Shown: positions 1 to 15,100 of the stretch, piece after piece
Layout of the letters: every line of letters starts with the position of its first letter
Numbering within the stretch: the first letter of the stretch is position 1
Translations under genes and position numbers: made by a program
Assembly (NCBI GenBank): GCA_907165135.1
Contig: OU015568.1
Span: 682,001-746,000 of the forward strand
Direction: 5' to 3'
DNA from: Oikopleura dioica
Taxonomy: Eukaryota; Animalia; Chordata
DNA: 64,000 nucleotides
Notes under the pieces: generated by a model
The model's database searches: none
The model's input: only the letters and a program-made list of their open reading frames with translations
Told to the model about the DNA's origin: nothing

Positions 1-175
1 CTCTTCGTCTTCTTGGCAACAATCGCTAGTCTTGAAAAAAACTTATGCAAACATAAACTTATTTGCGCTTTTTTTTATAACAACAACAAACATTTTTTAT
101 AACCAAAATCAACTGAGAGATTTCTGAAAGAGAATTTAAGAAACACATCAAAAGCACAAGCGGCAGATAGAAAAT

Positions 176-3100
176 ATGAAGAAAATATCGGTTTTATTGG
201 CCCTTTTGGGGCCGATAAATGCCCTCGTGGATTATATAAAAATATCAGGAATGGTTAAACGAGCGTAATGAAATTTTTTAAATGGAAAAAATATATTTTT
301 TGTTGAAAAAAATTAAATTTTTGGACGTTTTTTTTTGAAAAAATAACTCAAATCTTAGCGAAATTTTTTCTGAAATTGGATTCGCCTTTTGGCCGAATCC
401 GGAAATCTGATTGGCCCATAAAAATTTGACTTAATTTGGACTCATTTGTCGTTTTTGTCGTCGATTTTTGCCTTCTTTCCATCATTTTTGCTTTTTTTGC
501 CCATTTTTTAAACCAAGGAATTTCTCCCGCCATCTTTTTAGACCTTCTATCATCATGTCTTCCCAGCCGCTTCCTCCTGCTCCATCCCCGTTTCCGCTGC
601 TTCTCTGAGAAAGCTCTTACCATTCCACATATCTGTGTATAATTAGCGATTCCCTTAATCTCCCAAAAAGGAAAGAAAGGCTGTATTCTTCTCCAACGTG
701 TGCAAATTCTCTCTGGGCCAAATGATTGACCCGCCGAGCTACTTCCGGAATGCTCTAACTGCTCCACAGCGCGTTTTGCAAAACGTTTGATAGATGTTCT
801 GTCAGATTTCTGTCTATCTTGCAGAAATAAAACGAATCTAAGGACAGTTTGAATGAATTGTCTGAAAAGCTCCTTTATCATTTGCTCTGTCAAAATTAAG
901 GGGGGTAGAGATCAAGAATCGGATTTGCTTGCAGTCTTTTTCTTCAATTTTTAACATAGAAACCCCCTTATTTTTTCTGCTAAAAATTAATCAAAGGCAA
1001 TTATCTATTTCCTTTTAAAGCCAAAAATTGAGATATCTTGAGCTTTCCATTTGCTACAATGCAAATCTGACGCCTTTAATTGTCGTCAAAATGAGAGTTT
1101 TTAACAAAGTGGGATAGGTCTTTGATAATATATTCTATGAAAAAAATTCTTGAAATATTGAATTTCAGCTTCAATCGAAAGTAGATGAAGGTGTAAACTT
1201 TTATTTGCCGGAGAAAAATAAGGGTGTCACTATGAAAAATTTTGGAGAGACAGCTGAAGCCAAATGGCGATTCTTGATATCTACCACCTTAATTCATGTC
1301 ATATTTGAGGATAGATTGAATCTGTTAATTTGATTGAATAAGGGTGTCACTATAGTTTTACATAGTATGTAAAAATCTGTCAAAAAAACGGTATTCAAAA
1401 TCGGTGAATCAATAGATTTCTATCAAGGTCGATAGAGTTTTGAATATGTAAGAAGCTTTCCACTGACTTTGCTCTTGAATTATTTCCCGTCTATTTAGCA
1501 TTTTCGCCGAAACTGAGCTACGGTAGTAACTGTCGCAAAATATGGTACGACGATTCGATTAATTAATCGAATTGAAACCACGACATCTTGATAGCGTATT
1601 AATTGTGTTTACAAACGATTGATAGTCGAACTTGTGGCGATGGAGTTTCAATATTTGCCGGAGAAATAAATATTTTCAACTGTTTTAGAAGATCGTTTGT
1701 TTTGACCATGAGCTTGTCCGGTCCAGCTCTGTCGTGGTTTTAAATCTGCTTTTGTTCAAATTCAAAACTATTATCAAATTATGCTCTTCTCGAATTCCGT
1801 CTTCTTTTTCTTGAAAGTACACGAAGACTTTTTCTCGTACTGATACCCTTTATTCTTCAGTTCACTGCATTTAGTAAACATTCAACAACTTTCTTCATTT
1901 TTAAGGGGTTTGCATCGAAAAACAATTTTTTCTGGAAAAAATGTAATAAATAGAATCGATTAATTATGACAATATCCTTTCTTTAGTCTGATTGGCCCAT
2001 CACACAAATTCGAAAGTTCGATTGGTTAAAAATTTGACCAAATTTTTGGTCACCATTGTCGATTCGGGCTAAATCTCAAAAAACTATTATTTTTGGTCAA
2101 ACTTCTTGTTCAAAAAAAGAATTTCAAAAAAAAATAAAATTAAGGGTGTCACATAATTATTTTTTTCGGTTTTAAGGACTCGGTTTTTAAACACCGAGTT
2201 TTCTCGCCTTGTTTTCTCCGATGCCAACCTCTTTTTTAATGATTTTTAATGAGCTGCAATCTTTCGGAACTCCACCTTGACGGCTGTGTCTAAACTGAGT
2301 TCCGACGTTTACGAAAATTAATGCCCGCGCGATAAACTCCTTCGCCGTCATTAAAGCAGCAGATCGGCGGATCGGAACTTCCAAATATTCAACCCGAGCC
2401 ACGTTAAATTACAACTTCTCCTCCTTCTTACGGAATCTGAAAAAACTGGTTTGAAATTTACGATTCTTCTTTCGCTCTTGAAAAGTTTCTTCCTGTTTCA
2501 AAAGGGTTTTACAAACCACGTTGTTCCGGCGGGGCCCTCGAGATTTTTGTTGAAACATCTTAAACTTGCTCGGCTGGCAATGATTCCCGGAAAAGCGAGA
2601 TTATTTTATGTGAAAGTGGAAAATTGAAACGAGCTTTCCGGAACTTTGTGGTGGAACAAGGGGCCCGCTTGATCAATGTTGTGATTGCTGGTAATTGAGT
2701 CATTAAGAATATCCGGACTAGCTGGCGGAATTGAAATTGATTCAAGGGCAAATGAATTGAATAAATCAGGTTTAAGGGCATTTATATTACTTTGGCCACT
2801 AATTAAGGGGGTCAGGGCTAGGGTTAGGGTTAGGGTTAGAGCTGTTAAACGAAAACCCTTACCCCAACCCTCTTATCGAATTATCAATCAGTTAAAATAG
2901 GAATATCATAAAAAAGTTGACTAAAAATGGGCAGCCCCGATTATAGATCAGAGTTTCTTTTATAGATTCATTTAAAAATGGTTATGGTGAGGCTCAAAAA
3001 TAAGCTCTGATTATAAATATTTAGCAAGAAGAGACGACCAGATTGAAAATAGAAAATCTATCACAGACAATTTAGCAGAAATATTTCGGAGAAATTCTTC

Positions 3101-6100
3101 TATTTTTTTAGCACAAAACAAGAAAAGGAAGTGCATTTTCGGAAGGCCAATAGAGTTGCTGTATATGGCCCACCGGCCAATCAAAACGAAGATCCAGAAA
3201 ATCACTTTTTATTCTTGGTTTTGCCCATTTTTTCTATATTTTTTAAAAGAAATATTGAAAAAGTACAATTTTTAATGAGAAAAATAATGATTTTGACTGT
3301 CAGTCAAACTCAAAACTGGTAAATAGGTGCTTACTGCCGCGAAAGCCCGAGTTCCGATGCAACATTAAATGATATTAAATGATGATAAACGTTTTGCCCT
3401 TTATCTGTTCCATTGAATATGGCTAATTATTGCTTTGAAGAGGAAGGGATGATCCTCTTGGCGCGAGTCGACATCCGCCGCTGAAAACGTGTTGTCAAAG
3501 CACGGAAATATTGATTTGATGAAATTTATGACACACGATAATAAACACAGTCAAAAACGTAACGTGCGAACAACGGGGCAATCAAAAACCGCAGCAGTTT
3601 TTGATTGATAAGATTTTGGGTTGGATTTCGAGGTTTTTGTCGAAACGACTTTTTTCTGCAAATTTGTTTTTTCCGGAATTAAAGAAATGGAGGAAACTCA
3701 AAAAGTCGCCATTTTAACGGATTCTCGACGCTTCTCAGCTGCTGATTGGCCAGTTTGCCGAATACAGAACTCTGATTGGTCGGTTAGCTAAATTAAGCCT
3801 TCTGATTGGCCGCTTAGCCGAATCAAGACTTCTGATTGGCCTGTTTGCCAAATAAAAAATTCTGATTGGCCGCTTAGCCGAGTTCAGACTTCTGATTGGC
3901 AAGTCAGCCACCTTCTCACCTTCCACCAATTCAGACCATTCCTTGTGTGGTCAATGCGAATCGGTCTTTCCTGGTCAATATTCAGAGACTCAGTGCACGA
4001 CGATTCGATTCATCGGAGAAATTGATGAGCCTGATGACATATGCGAATACGAACGAGTTAATCTCTACAAAGACATTATTTGGAGCGGAAACGGACCACA
4101 TGTTGATCCTGCTGGAACTTATACTCCTCCTCTCCTTGCCAGCGACTGGTTTCGATACAACGCGTCTCAAGATCTTCTTATGAGTCCTTCAACAAACATC
4201 GATGTCGAACTTCAAGTCACTGGAGATTACGATGTTTCTGACGTTGAAAACATGTTTGACGGGGACGACTCAACTTGGTTTTCTTTTGAAGAGCCTTGTA
4301 CAGAAGACTACCGACCATACGAACTAACGTTTCGATTCATCGACGGAACTGTCGGGGATGGAAACTGGTATGAAGATTTCGGAAGAGTCATCTTCGAAAA
4401 AATTGTTATCAAATTCAATTACGAGATCGTCTATCTTCCGAATTTCGACTCTGAACACCCGATGAATCAGCATGTCGATTTCAAGGGCTTTTCTCACAAC
4501 TCTGTCAAAGCGTATTATAACAGTATCGACTCGTGGACGAATGTATACGAAGATGTACTGATTTCAGAGCTTCTTCCGACAGATGATTTCTTCACTTTCG
4601 AGTTCAGACCCAAAGACTCAGCGATAGTGACGAATCAAATCAAACTGGTCTTTGGAAACACGGCGATAAAAGTTTCGGAAATCTCTCTTTATTGGAAAGA
4701 ATGCGCAATGATCCCCTTCCTCGCCGGTAATTACAAAGTCGGAAGCGAGATCATACCCGGTATCGACAAGGAAATTTGTGCTCTCGATGCGAAACCCACG
4801 AGTTTGTCAAATTTCGGATACGAGCGAGTTCTATCCGGAGAAATTATTCTTCCAGGGCCTTATGATTTTGCCACAGATGATCATCCAAATATGCAGTTTA
4901 ATTGGGCAGCGATCAAGAAACTCAGTGGACAAATTCTCTCAATTTCTGATGCTCAAGCCGCTTGTTCAATCGACGGAAAGCAGCTCATCTACCCTTGGAT
5001 GGAATCACAAAATCAATGGTGGTCCGATCGAATTAACGAAGTCATTGACACCGGCTCAGTTTCTGGTATCTACGCAATCGTTGGACTCGAAACGATTTAC
5101 AAAACAACGACAAATGGCATTTTCTTTCCGCCAGGTCTTCTCAAGCCGTTGAAACCGGGAAATGCAAACAACGGATTCGTTAATTTCTGGGGTTCGAAAT
5201 CGAACACGGCTGCTCAAGCCGCGTTTCAGGAGCTCTCGAATGGAAATGCTTTTTACATCGACCCAGCTACTGGAGACTGGGCTTTGATGGATCTTCAAAA
5301 TGATGCTGCGTCGTATAGTGATTGGGATACAGTCATGTGCGTGTACATTTCGGATGTGATTACCACATGTAAAAATCTTGATGACTGTGTCGCGACAACA
5401 CCTGGCAATTCAGAGTGCAATTCTGATTGGTTGAAACAAAGACATCGAAAAATTTGTCGGGATTTTTATTCCTGATACCTCCTCCAATTTGTTGCAAAAA
5501 ATAAGGGAGTAAGAATGATAAAACAGCAAAATAATCATCTCAAAAACAGAGTTTTCATAAGTCTTCGATAATATTCCCCAAGAAATGCCTCTCTAAGTAC
5601 TTTTTCTCGCTAAATTTGCACTCGATCTCTAAACAATCGAAAAGTGGATGCCCTTAAGTTCTTGCTAAAACATCCATTCTTTCTTTCTATTTTTTCAGCA
5701 CTTGTTATAGAAAAGTGGATCAGCCGGAAATTGAAAGGCTCCTTGAGAAGTTATGTAAGAAGCTCAATTTTCAAGTGTTTGTACATAACGACGATTAGCG
5801 AGTTTCGGCAAAAACACGATTTCATCGCTCGATTATTTCCACCAACTCATCAATCGTTGTTTTACGATTTCTTAGAACAGTGCTAATGCTCTGTATTTTG
5901 CTCCAAACAGAGTTTGATGGTGGCCCCAGTTGGTAAAATTGAAATAACAAATTGAATTAGAATCTGATTGATTATTCTAAATTCAATTCTTGTTAATTAC
6001 ACAATCTGCTGTTGACCTCTAAAATAGAAAGTACGTTAGTGGAATTCCAGCTATAGGAAAAGGGAAGAACGACCTTATCAGTTTTGTCAGTTGTCCAAGA

Positions 6101-9100
6101 CTGATGCTATCGCCCGGATTTACTGTACCAACTGATATTTTGGTCGGTTTGGTAGAAGACCGAACAAAATCGAAAAATTTTATAAGAACAGTTTTTTTAT
6201 TAAACCATTTGAAGAGGACAACAAACAAATAATAGTTTTCCATATTTATCTTTCGGGCAAAAACCTATCGGATTTGTGGCGCGAAAGCATGAAAAAATTA
6301 ACGCGATTGATAAAAAATATCTCAAGCTTCATAATCTTAAAATCAAATCATGAAGCAAAAAATCTTCTTTATTTGAGCTTCATTTTAGCAAAACGATAAT
6401 GTCAGAAATATCTCGGGCCATTTATATTCCCCGATAAAAAATGAGCTCTTTAGCGCATCATTTGTTACAGCTGGAATTCTTGAAATTCAAATGGCGCTTT
6501 GCATCTTTTGGCGAGATTTGATGATGACAATAAAAAGAGAATTTCCGTTACCAGCTGAAATCAATCAAAACTTCTAAGGGAGGTAAAACTTCCTCTGATC
6601 TTCATTTTCCTTTAAGGGTATAACCTTCGATTTCCCCAACTTTCTTTTATTTGACAAATCAAAGGTATTGCCCTTAAAAATATACAAGCCCGACCTTAAA
6701 AAGTGTCAGGAAAAATTCGAGCCAAAAACTTTGAAAAGCTGTGATCTAATCCAGGTTTCTCTCGGCCTGACCAAATCATTTGAGTAATATCGAAATCAAA
6801 AACGTGATTATACGCCTAATTAGTTCGAAAATATCAAGTCGATATGGTTGTCCCTGTCGAGCGGAACTCGACGGCAGGCCAACACCGATCATATTTTTGC
6901 GCAATGCTCAACTCACTCAAAAAGAAAAGAAAAAAAGAAATAGCAGTTGGTCCGGGACCGGATGTTGTTATTGACCTTTTGAATTGGTTCTAATCCGCTT
7001 TTTGGGACAACGCATAGCTTAAATTTCGCTTCCGCTTCTGAAAAACAGTTCTCATGGCAAAAAATACTGGATTTTCGGCTCGAAAGAGGCTTGGATAACT
7101 CTTGAAGTCTTGAAGTTGCGGAGGGGCTTAGTTATTTTTAGATTTTGAAAGTTTTTTGAAGAGTTGTCACCAGCTTTCCGGCGTTTTCGAGCGTTAGTTG
7201 AGCACGCGATACTTCTTCGTTCGTAATGTTATTTAAAGTTTTGGGGCATCGGCGAAAGGCCGTGTCCTTAACAAAACTGCTCTCCAGCAAAAATGATGGC
7301 GATTGAAATTTTAAAAAAATGACGGAGAAACCATAAATCTTTTATTCTTTGAAACGTATATATATTTTTTTGTTTCTATAAATTTGATGCTATATTCCAA
7401 CACGGATCCATTTCTAGTCGTGGTAATCATAGTTAAACTCTACAATTTCACAGGGATCTGATTACACATTTACCTTGGCCATTGAAAAACACGCAATCAT
7501 CAAGCTTTTTCAACACACTCAAGCACTTTGTTTTAAAAAGCTTCATTCTCTCGCTGCACGTTTGTGAAAATCGCCCTTGAAATTCACTTTATTCAGTAGC
7601 TGAATTTAGGAATCCCTTAATTTGTAGCTTGCGATTTCTTGGAGCACCAATTTCTGATGCTCCACGTAAATTCCAAAGTTCCCTTTCGATAATTCGCCAA
7701 AGAGCGAAATATACGTTGATCTGGCGAATTACGGCGGAATCGAGCTTTTCTGTGTGAAATGAATTGAAATCAAATCGACTCATTTTTACGGTTTTAACAA
7801 CAACTAGCATTAACTAGATCTTCTCTGGACACTTATTGACAATTTTCAAGAGGACTAGATAAACAAAATATATAAAGAAAAAAATTCAATAAAAATTATG
7901 GTATTTTTGGTTTATCGGTTCTCTAGAGTCTAGATGATTGTTTTTTCTTTACCGAACTGGATACCCTTATCACTATCACCGCTCGAGTTTGACTCTCCGC
8001 TCGTGAATCACAGCGGGATACGAACACCACAGCTCTACGTAAGACGCACTGATAAGAAAGCTAAGAAATACCGTAGTTGAATATTCTCGTTTAACCGAAT
8101 AAGGTTCCACCCCTCAATACGACGGAAGGTACATCTATCTAAAAGCCAACGACAACAATGGGGCGCCCATTTACCGCTCCGAACATCCCGCAATCCTCGA
8201 CACTTCCGATTTGACGAGCAAGAGCTATCTCTACATCACCAAAACTGATAAAGTAAGACTTTCGCTTTTCATGAGTTAGAGTTATCAATTTGCATTTTTT
8301 TCAAATATTCTCTTCAAATATTTTAGTTTTTAATAATAATTATCGATTTTAATGATCTTTCTCTCGAATCCTTCCTCGATTTCTACCGAAATGATTTTAT
8401 GAATTGACACCCTTAATATTTTCAAAAATAAAACGGTTCATGAATTTTGCTTTGGCAATGATTTAATGAGCGCACGCCCTTAATCAGTACTACTGGTTTG
8501 AGGAAAGTTACTGTTGAAAGATTAAGGGTGTAACGTCCAATAACCCAGGTGAACCGAAAAAGCGCTAGAATTACGAAGTTTCATCAGGATTATTTTCAAT
8601 TTAATCAAATCATCGAATCAGGGTGTTTCTGTTCCGCGAAATCTGGCGCGAAAATTCATTTGACTTGTAGGGTGGAGCGAACCGCGGCGGCGACCTTGAG
8701 GTTGACCCGGGCTCAAAACCTTTTACGCGCTTAGGCGCTAAATCGCACCACCAAAAAGTAAAGTTGTGCGCGCAGCGATTACGACAGGCTCTGATGAGTT
8801 GGTTTTGTCCGACACGAATGTGGGGTCAGGGCGTATTGTCACGGGTTAAACTAACGAAAAAGACGATCTTTTGCGTTTTTTTTAAATTTGGTTTAAAATT
8901 GTAAAACCCAAATTTTGGATAATAATTTTTGAGCCTTAGCCGGCCAAGATCTTATTTTGACCTTACCGGCAAATGAATGGTGCTTATTTTTTTGATTATT
9001 CAAAAGACTATCACATTCTTCTTGGTTCGGGTTCGGGTTTGAGTTTTGGTTCGGGTAAGGGTTCGGATTTGGGTGTCAGCATCGGTTGAAATAATCCACT

Positions 9101-12100
9101 TCGAATAGGGAGATTTTTTGGCCATTTTTCGGAAAAATATAGCCTACCGGCGAAAGACACCTCCATATATGTCGGCGCCATTATAACTCTGCACCATCTA
9201 TGATGCATTGAGTAATTCACAAAATAAGGCTGTTTCTAAACCCTCACCCTAACCAAGAATAGCAAAAACCTGCCGAAGAGTAGCTCATCGATAAACAAGC
9301 CCTACTATAATAGTCTGATTCCGAAAGACCTGATTCTTTCACTGGTGTTCGAAATTAACGAGTAACAACTCTCAACCGTTCGCTTTTAATATAATATTGG
9401 GTTGTAAAATTTACAGAAAATGAGTTAAGGGGGTGGTGGTCGAGAATTAGGATTTTTTCAACCTAAAAAACTCAATTTTTTCAAAAAAAAATTTTTTCGT
9501 TCTTAATCTTAATAAGTTAAAAAGGGTTGAAATTGTGTGGGCGGCTAGGTTTAAGAAAAAAATTTTAAGGGAGAAATGACGAAATCGAGAGTGAAAGTCG
9601 ACCCAAAATCGCGTTTTTCGCTATTTTTTAGTCGACATTTTCCGATTTTTGGTCATTTTTGGCCATTTTTTTGAATCTGATTTGTCTCAACATGATTTTG
9701 ACGCTAAAAATAGGTTGTCTGAGAAAAAAAATTATGTTATTTCATTAAATAACTGTAAGTTAAAGCAGAAAATATAAAATCATTTAATAATTCTCGACCA
9801 CCACCCCCTTAACAGAATTTATTATTTCTTATGATAATCATTAGCTATCAAAATCTCTAGACGATAGATATCTAAGAAAGAGCCATAAATCCCATTTTTT
9901 CTTTTTTTATGTATTTTCTGTTGTTCCTCAAAATCGATAGCTCCGTTCAAGCATTACCTTGCGTTTGCTCCATGTATGCAGGCCGGAATGTATCTTAGAA
10001 TACAATTCCAAAAATATATTTTTCCTTGTCATCCTTTGATCAAATTTAATTCCAGGATTCCGTTGTTGGAGAATCAGAAGATTTCTGGACCCTTTCGACT
10101 TCAACCGCAATCGACTCCGAATACTTCCTGAAAATGACCAGCTCATCAGAATTCCCCTTCTACAACGCTGGCACTGATGAAAATGACACGAAGGTCATCT
10201 GGGCCGGATTTGACGATTCTAAACTGGTCATTGCCTCTGTTGACGACGGTAAGTTCTAATCTATCGCGACTTGTTGGGTCGAAAATTGCGAAAGAACTCG
10301 AAAAACAACGAGACGTTCTAGCAACAGCGGTTAAATGATAATTTCGTTGTTCGAGCAGACTAAAATACACGCTGCCTTCATTTCAAAATACACACGCACA
10401 ATTCTAAAGAATTTCTTTTTGACGAAGAGTCCGCTGTTATCCGCAGTTTTCCTTGTCATTTTCCTTCTCAAAACAATGAGATGACGAGCAAAAGTATGGT
10501 TGACAAAATTATTGATGAAATCATAATGAAGATTTTTTTCAAGATAGGGTAATAAGGAAAATATTCAAGGCTTAATCGAAGGAAGTACTCTTAACCGAAA
10601 CAAAGAGTTGCCCATCAATTTTGCGTAAAACTAAAATATGGAGTGGATTTTATAGATCAAGGTTCTGATTGGCCGGTTAGCCGAATACGGCAATCTTATT
10701 GGTTATTATACTGGTCAATCAAAACCCTGATCTATAAAACCAACTCCATATTTTGGTTTTACCCGAAATTAATGGGTTACTCTCTGTTTGGGTTAAGGGT
10801 ACATCCTTCGATTAACGAAACTTTCGCCTTAAATAACTCTTAGCAAAATATCAATAGCGAGTACTTTATGGTCTCTAGAAATTAATCTTTCCTGGATCAT
10901 TAATCTGTCAGAGGCGTTTTTGGATTGCTCAAAAAACCTTAGGTTTCTTTCAATTTCTACGTAAGCATCATTTTATTTCTGATTCTTTCGATTCTTGCAG
11001 AGTTTCATCGGATTATTCAATGTGTGTTTATTTAACTTGTGTTGAACAAGAGATAAGCCCTGCATTACCGAAAAATGGAGTAAGTCGTCGTTGGTTCGCC
11101 ATGCTAATCGAATTGGCGGACACGCCGTTGTGCATAATCCCATGATTAATTTGTAGCGAACGGGACTACTCGCCATGAAAATGGGCAAAAATTGAGCGTG
11201 CTTCCTTATCAAGACTTCCTTGGCCAACACTGAATTGAACCGTTCCTTTTTTTATGCACAGCCGTTTTTTGTTAGTTTTGTGAGCCACTATTTATCGGAG
11301 GCGTAAATATTTGAAAAAACCGATTCAAGCTGGACGAGTAGGCTTGAGCTTAGAGACGAGATTGAGGTCGAATCTGAAAAAATATATAAAAGCGAATCAA
11401 AAATTTTTTCAAAGTTTTTTCAGATTCTAAATTATAAAATATTGCTGAAATAATGATGACATACTTTTCGGCTCTGCAAAATGTATACAAAACCTGAGTC
11501 AGGTTTTTAAATGCTCGAATGGAAAGCCGCGCAGCGGCTTTTTTTCAACGAAGCCGCATATGCTTCGCCAGTTTTTAAAAGATCATGAAAATAGTTATGA
11601 TGCGAAGCCGCAAAGCGGCTTCGATACTCAGAAAGCCGCTGCGCGGCTTTTGATATAAATTCTTCAGAACTCAGGTTTTCCGCACAGGTTAACGATCTTA
11701 TATGATGATTAATTTTTGCTAAGCTTTTTGATTGATTTTTCTAAAGAACGAAAAAGATACAATAACTGCGTACTAGGTATTGATGGATATTTACTAGCGG
11801 TGGTATCATAGAAGCGAGCTTTTACGGAAGTAGCCCAAGGGGCTCAGCATTACGTGGAGCGCAGTCCAAAGTGCGCTGCCCCAATAGAAACGAATGATCA
11901 TCGCCGCACGGTGCATTTTCATTTTTCAGTCGAACATTTTCTCAAGATTAAATCTATCTAATTTCGGTCTATCTAACAAATCTAAATTTTTTATCACTCA
12001 AAAATCAAAAAACTTAAAGTCCATTTTTTCAAAAAAATTAAGGTTTTATGGTGTAAGCATTTTTGTTAAATTTCTCATTTTGAAAACCCCCAAGTTCTTG

Positions 12101-15100
12101 CGAAAATCTGATGATTTTTTTCTCGTGGAACACAGCGGCCCGCCGAGAATTGGGAAAATATCAGCAGCTGGATAAACCGATTATCCCCCGAAAGGCTCTG
12201 ATTTCTGATTTTACGTCTTCGTTCCATGGAATTACAAAAAATCCTCACTGCTAATTTTTTCACCACTCAGAAAAACAACCTTGTTTTTGAAACGTCAACG
12301 TCAAAAAGAATTTAATCTTCAAAAATTTCAAGGGCTTTAAAATTTCTTTTTCTGTTGCCAAAATGAAAGTTTGAAAATTCTTGCATATCCGCATTCGCCT
12401 TATCAAAAAATTGATATGGAAAATTAGCAAATTGCACTAGAAAAACATGAGCGTGAATTATGAAACGTATGATTTTGAGTCATGATGATAAATGACTATA
12501 TTACAAGTGTAGGTACTTGACGCAAGTTGATGAAGATAAATTTGAGAAAAATGCTATTTTCGCTGTTTTGAAGTGAAAATTTTTCCCAACAATAATCGCC
12601 ATTTTAACGGATTTTCGACCCGAAAAGTCGACGGCTCGAAAATTCGTTAAAATAACGACATTTTCGAAGCTAAATTTTTCGGCTCAAAAATTTACCCTTG
12701 AACGATTTCCGCGGAATTCGATGGCCGAAGCAGATATGTTCTTACATTAGCGTTTTTTGAAATTACTGGTCTTTGGAATTCGGAAAGAAATTCGCTGGAA
12801 AAATATTCCGCGATCATGGGAATCATCTCCCGAAATTCTAGAGAGCTATGTAATCGTTGCAAAAAACGGTTAGCGGCCAGTTCTCTCTGAAATCCTAATC
12901 AAGGGTACTGTAGCGCTCTTGAATAACTCTTGAAAAGATACTGAATTTGAACAGTTAACCGCGAGTTAGAAAATTCAATTATTTTTTTTAACAAAATCGA
13001 AATCTTAAAAAATAAACGCTAATTTTGTAAATACAATAACCCAGCTGCAGCTTTTCTTGTTATTTTCGAGTAAAAAGTCTTAATTATTAGACTGCGTTGT
13101 TATAACAAAGCTGAATTTTAGGAATAAACGGATTTTAACTGCGGAAGGCTTTCGTATTTTAGACACCTCTAAAGGATGCTTTTTTATCTGATGGGAGTGA
13201 GAATGAGATCCCGGACGAGATTAGCTGGTATAAACTTTCATGAAAAATGGCGAAAAACCATAAAAATCATAAAAACAAAATGATTTTTTATTTTACCTAT
13301 TGAAGTATGGAGGAGCTGATTAATTTATCCACTTGATCACGCGTTAAATAAAACCGCTCAGCATAGATTTTGTAATACAATAATAATCGACCATTTTCAG
13401 GCTATTGCGCAGAAGGCGAAAACTACTGTACAAACGGCGACTGCATCATCCGCTCTGGGAAACGCGTGTGTCTTTGCCTCCCAGGGTACACGTTAACTTC
13501 CAAGACCGTCTGTGAGGACTTTGACGAGTGCGCACTTCAAGGAATGGTTCAAATTTTGTGCAACTCCCGTTACCGTCTTCTTTTCAATAAAAGTTTTTCG
13601 TTATCCACGATCATGACATATGAAAAAGACACACCTAAATACAATTGGGAAAATGTGATTATATTATCAACACAAATCTAAATTCAAAAATTGAAAAATA
13701 TAAAAAAATACGGTGAGTTATGGTCTCGAAATTATAAGAACCAAAAAAGCTGACAACTGTCCCTCATCAAAATCCTGCTTCAATACCCCTGGCAGCTACT
13801 ACTGTGCTGAGCCCTGCGAGTCGAACAAGCTCCTCAAAGTCATCAAAGGTGAGAAAAATGTGAAATATTCTTTGAAAAGCGCACTCGAGCCGGAAAAACT
13901 CTTGTATCGGAAAAACAAGAGCTTCAGAATTCAAACTCTTTTTTTTAGGAAAATTCTCCGATAAGGCCTGCCCATCACGTTATACAATCAACGGCGAGGT
14001 CTTCCGGACTGTTGGAGATGCGACGGATATGCTTGTCTATCAAAGGTTTTTTTCGGGTTTTTTTTTCTATTTTAGATTTTTTTCTTTTTTAGATTTTTTT
14101 TTTTAGATTTTTTCTATTTTCTATTTTAGTAGAGACACTTTACTTTGAAAATAAACTTGGACATTAGTTAGAAATGCTCTCATTTTTGCGGTATTATGTT
14201 GATGTTTGCGTGATTATTTTACGTCCGATTTTGTATAAGAAAATGACCTCGGTTTTGGGCGTTTTCTTGTCGTGGAGCAAAACATAACCAAGAATATGAG
14301 GTAATCCGTATTTTGTAGACACGTTTTTTTGAATCGATCGCTTCCATTATCCAACCGTTTCTGCAAACTTTAAGACTAACAAAGTCGTTTTTAAAACTGA
14401 GCTTTAGAAACATTTTGGGTTATTTACGGTTTTTCAGATTTTGTTGTAGATACCATAAAAGCAATATTTGCTGTTAAAAATGACTTTTTTAATGTAAGCT
14501 TTTCAAATCGACGAATAATTTGATAGCCAACTATGAAGCAAATGGAAATGGCACCAGTAAACTGTGTAGAAAACCTGAGTCAGGCTTTGAAAGCCTCAAA
14601 TAAAAAGCCACGTAGCGGCTCTTTTAAAAACGAAGCCGCGAAGCGGCTTTGCTGATCTTTTAAAATAAATTATTAAAAATAAGATTTGATTATATAATAT
14701 AATTATATTAATAAAAATAATATAATTATCAATTTTTGATAAAGATAAATTATTAAATAAATTAATTATATATGTGTGATTTTGTTGCGAAACCGCTTTG
14801 CGGCTTCATTTTCGAAAAAGCCGCTCCGCAGATTCTTATTTGAGGCTTTCAAAGCCTGACTCAGGTTTTCTACACAGGTTGCCGAGCCCAGCCGGTAGAT
14901 TTTAACCATTTTTTTTATCAAATGTTCAACTGATATTTTTTAAAGTCTCTTTAGAGGCACAGACGGCATTTAAGAAACCCTAGGAGCTCTTCATCGCCCC
15001 AGATTGTCTATTTATTCATCTTTATTTTAGCGAGTCATCGGACGAATTCCTCTGCCGCACGGATCGAGGTTGGATTTCAGGATCGGTTGGTCAACTTTGC

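Noticed and set aside
348-893. 181-aa minus-strand ORF
   Set aside because: Non-ATG start, no domain, and it lies in the repeat-rich first intron of the modular gene
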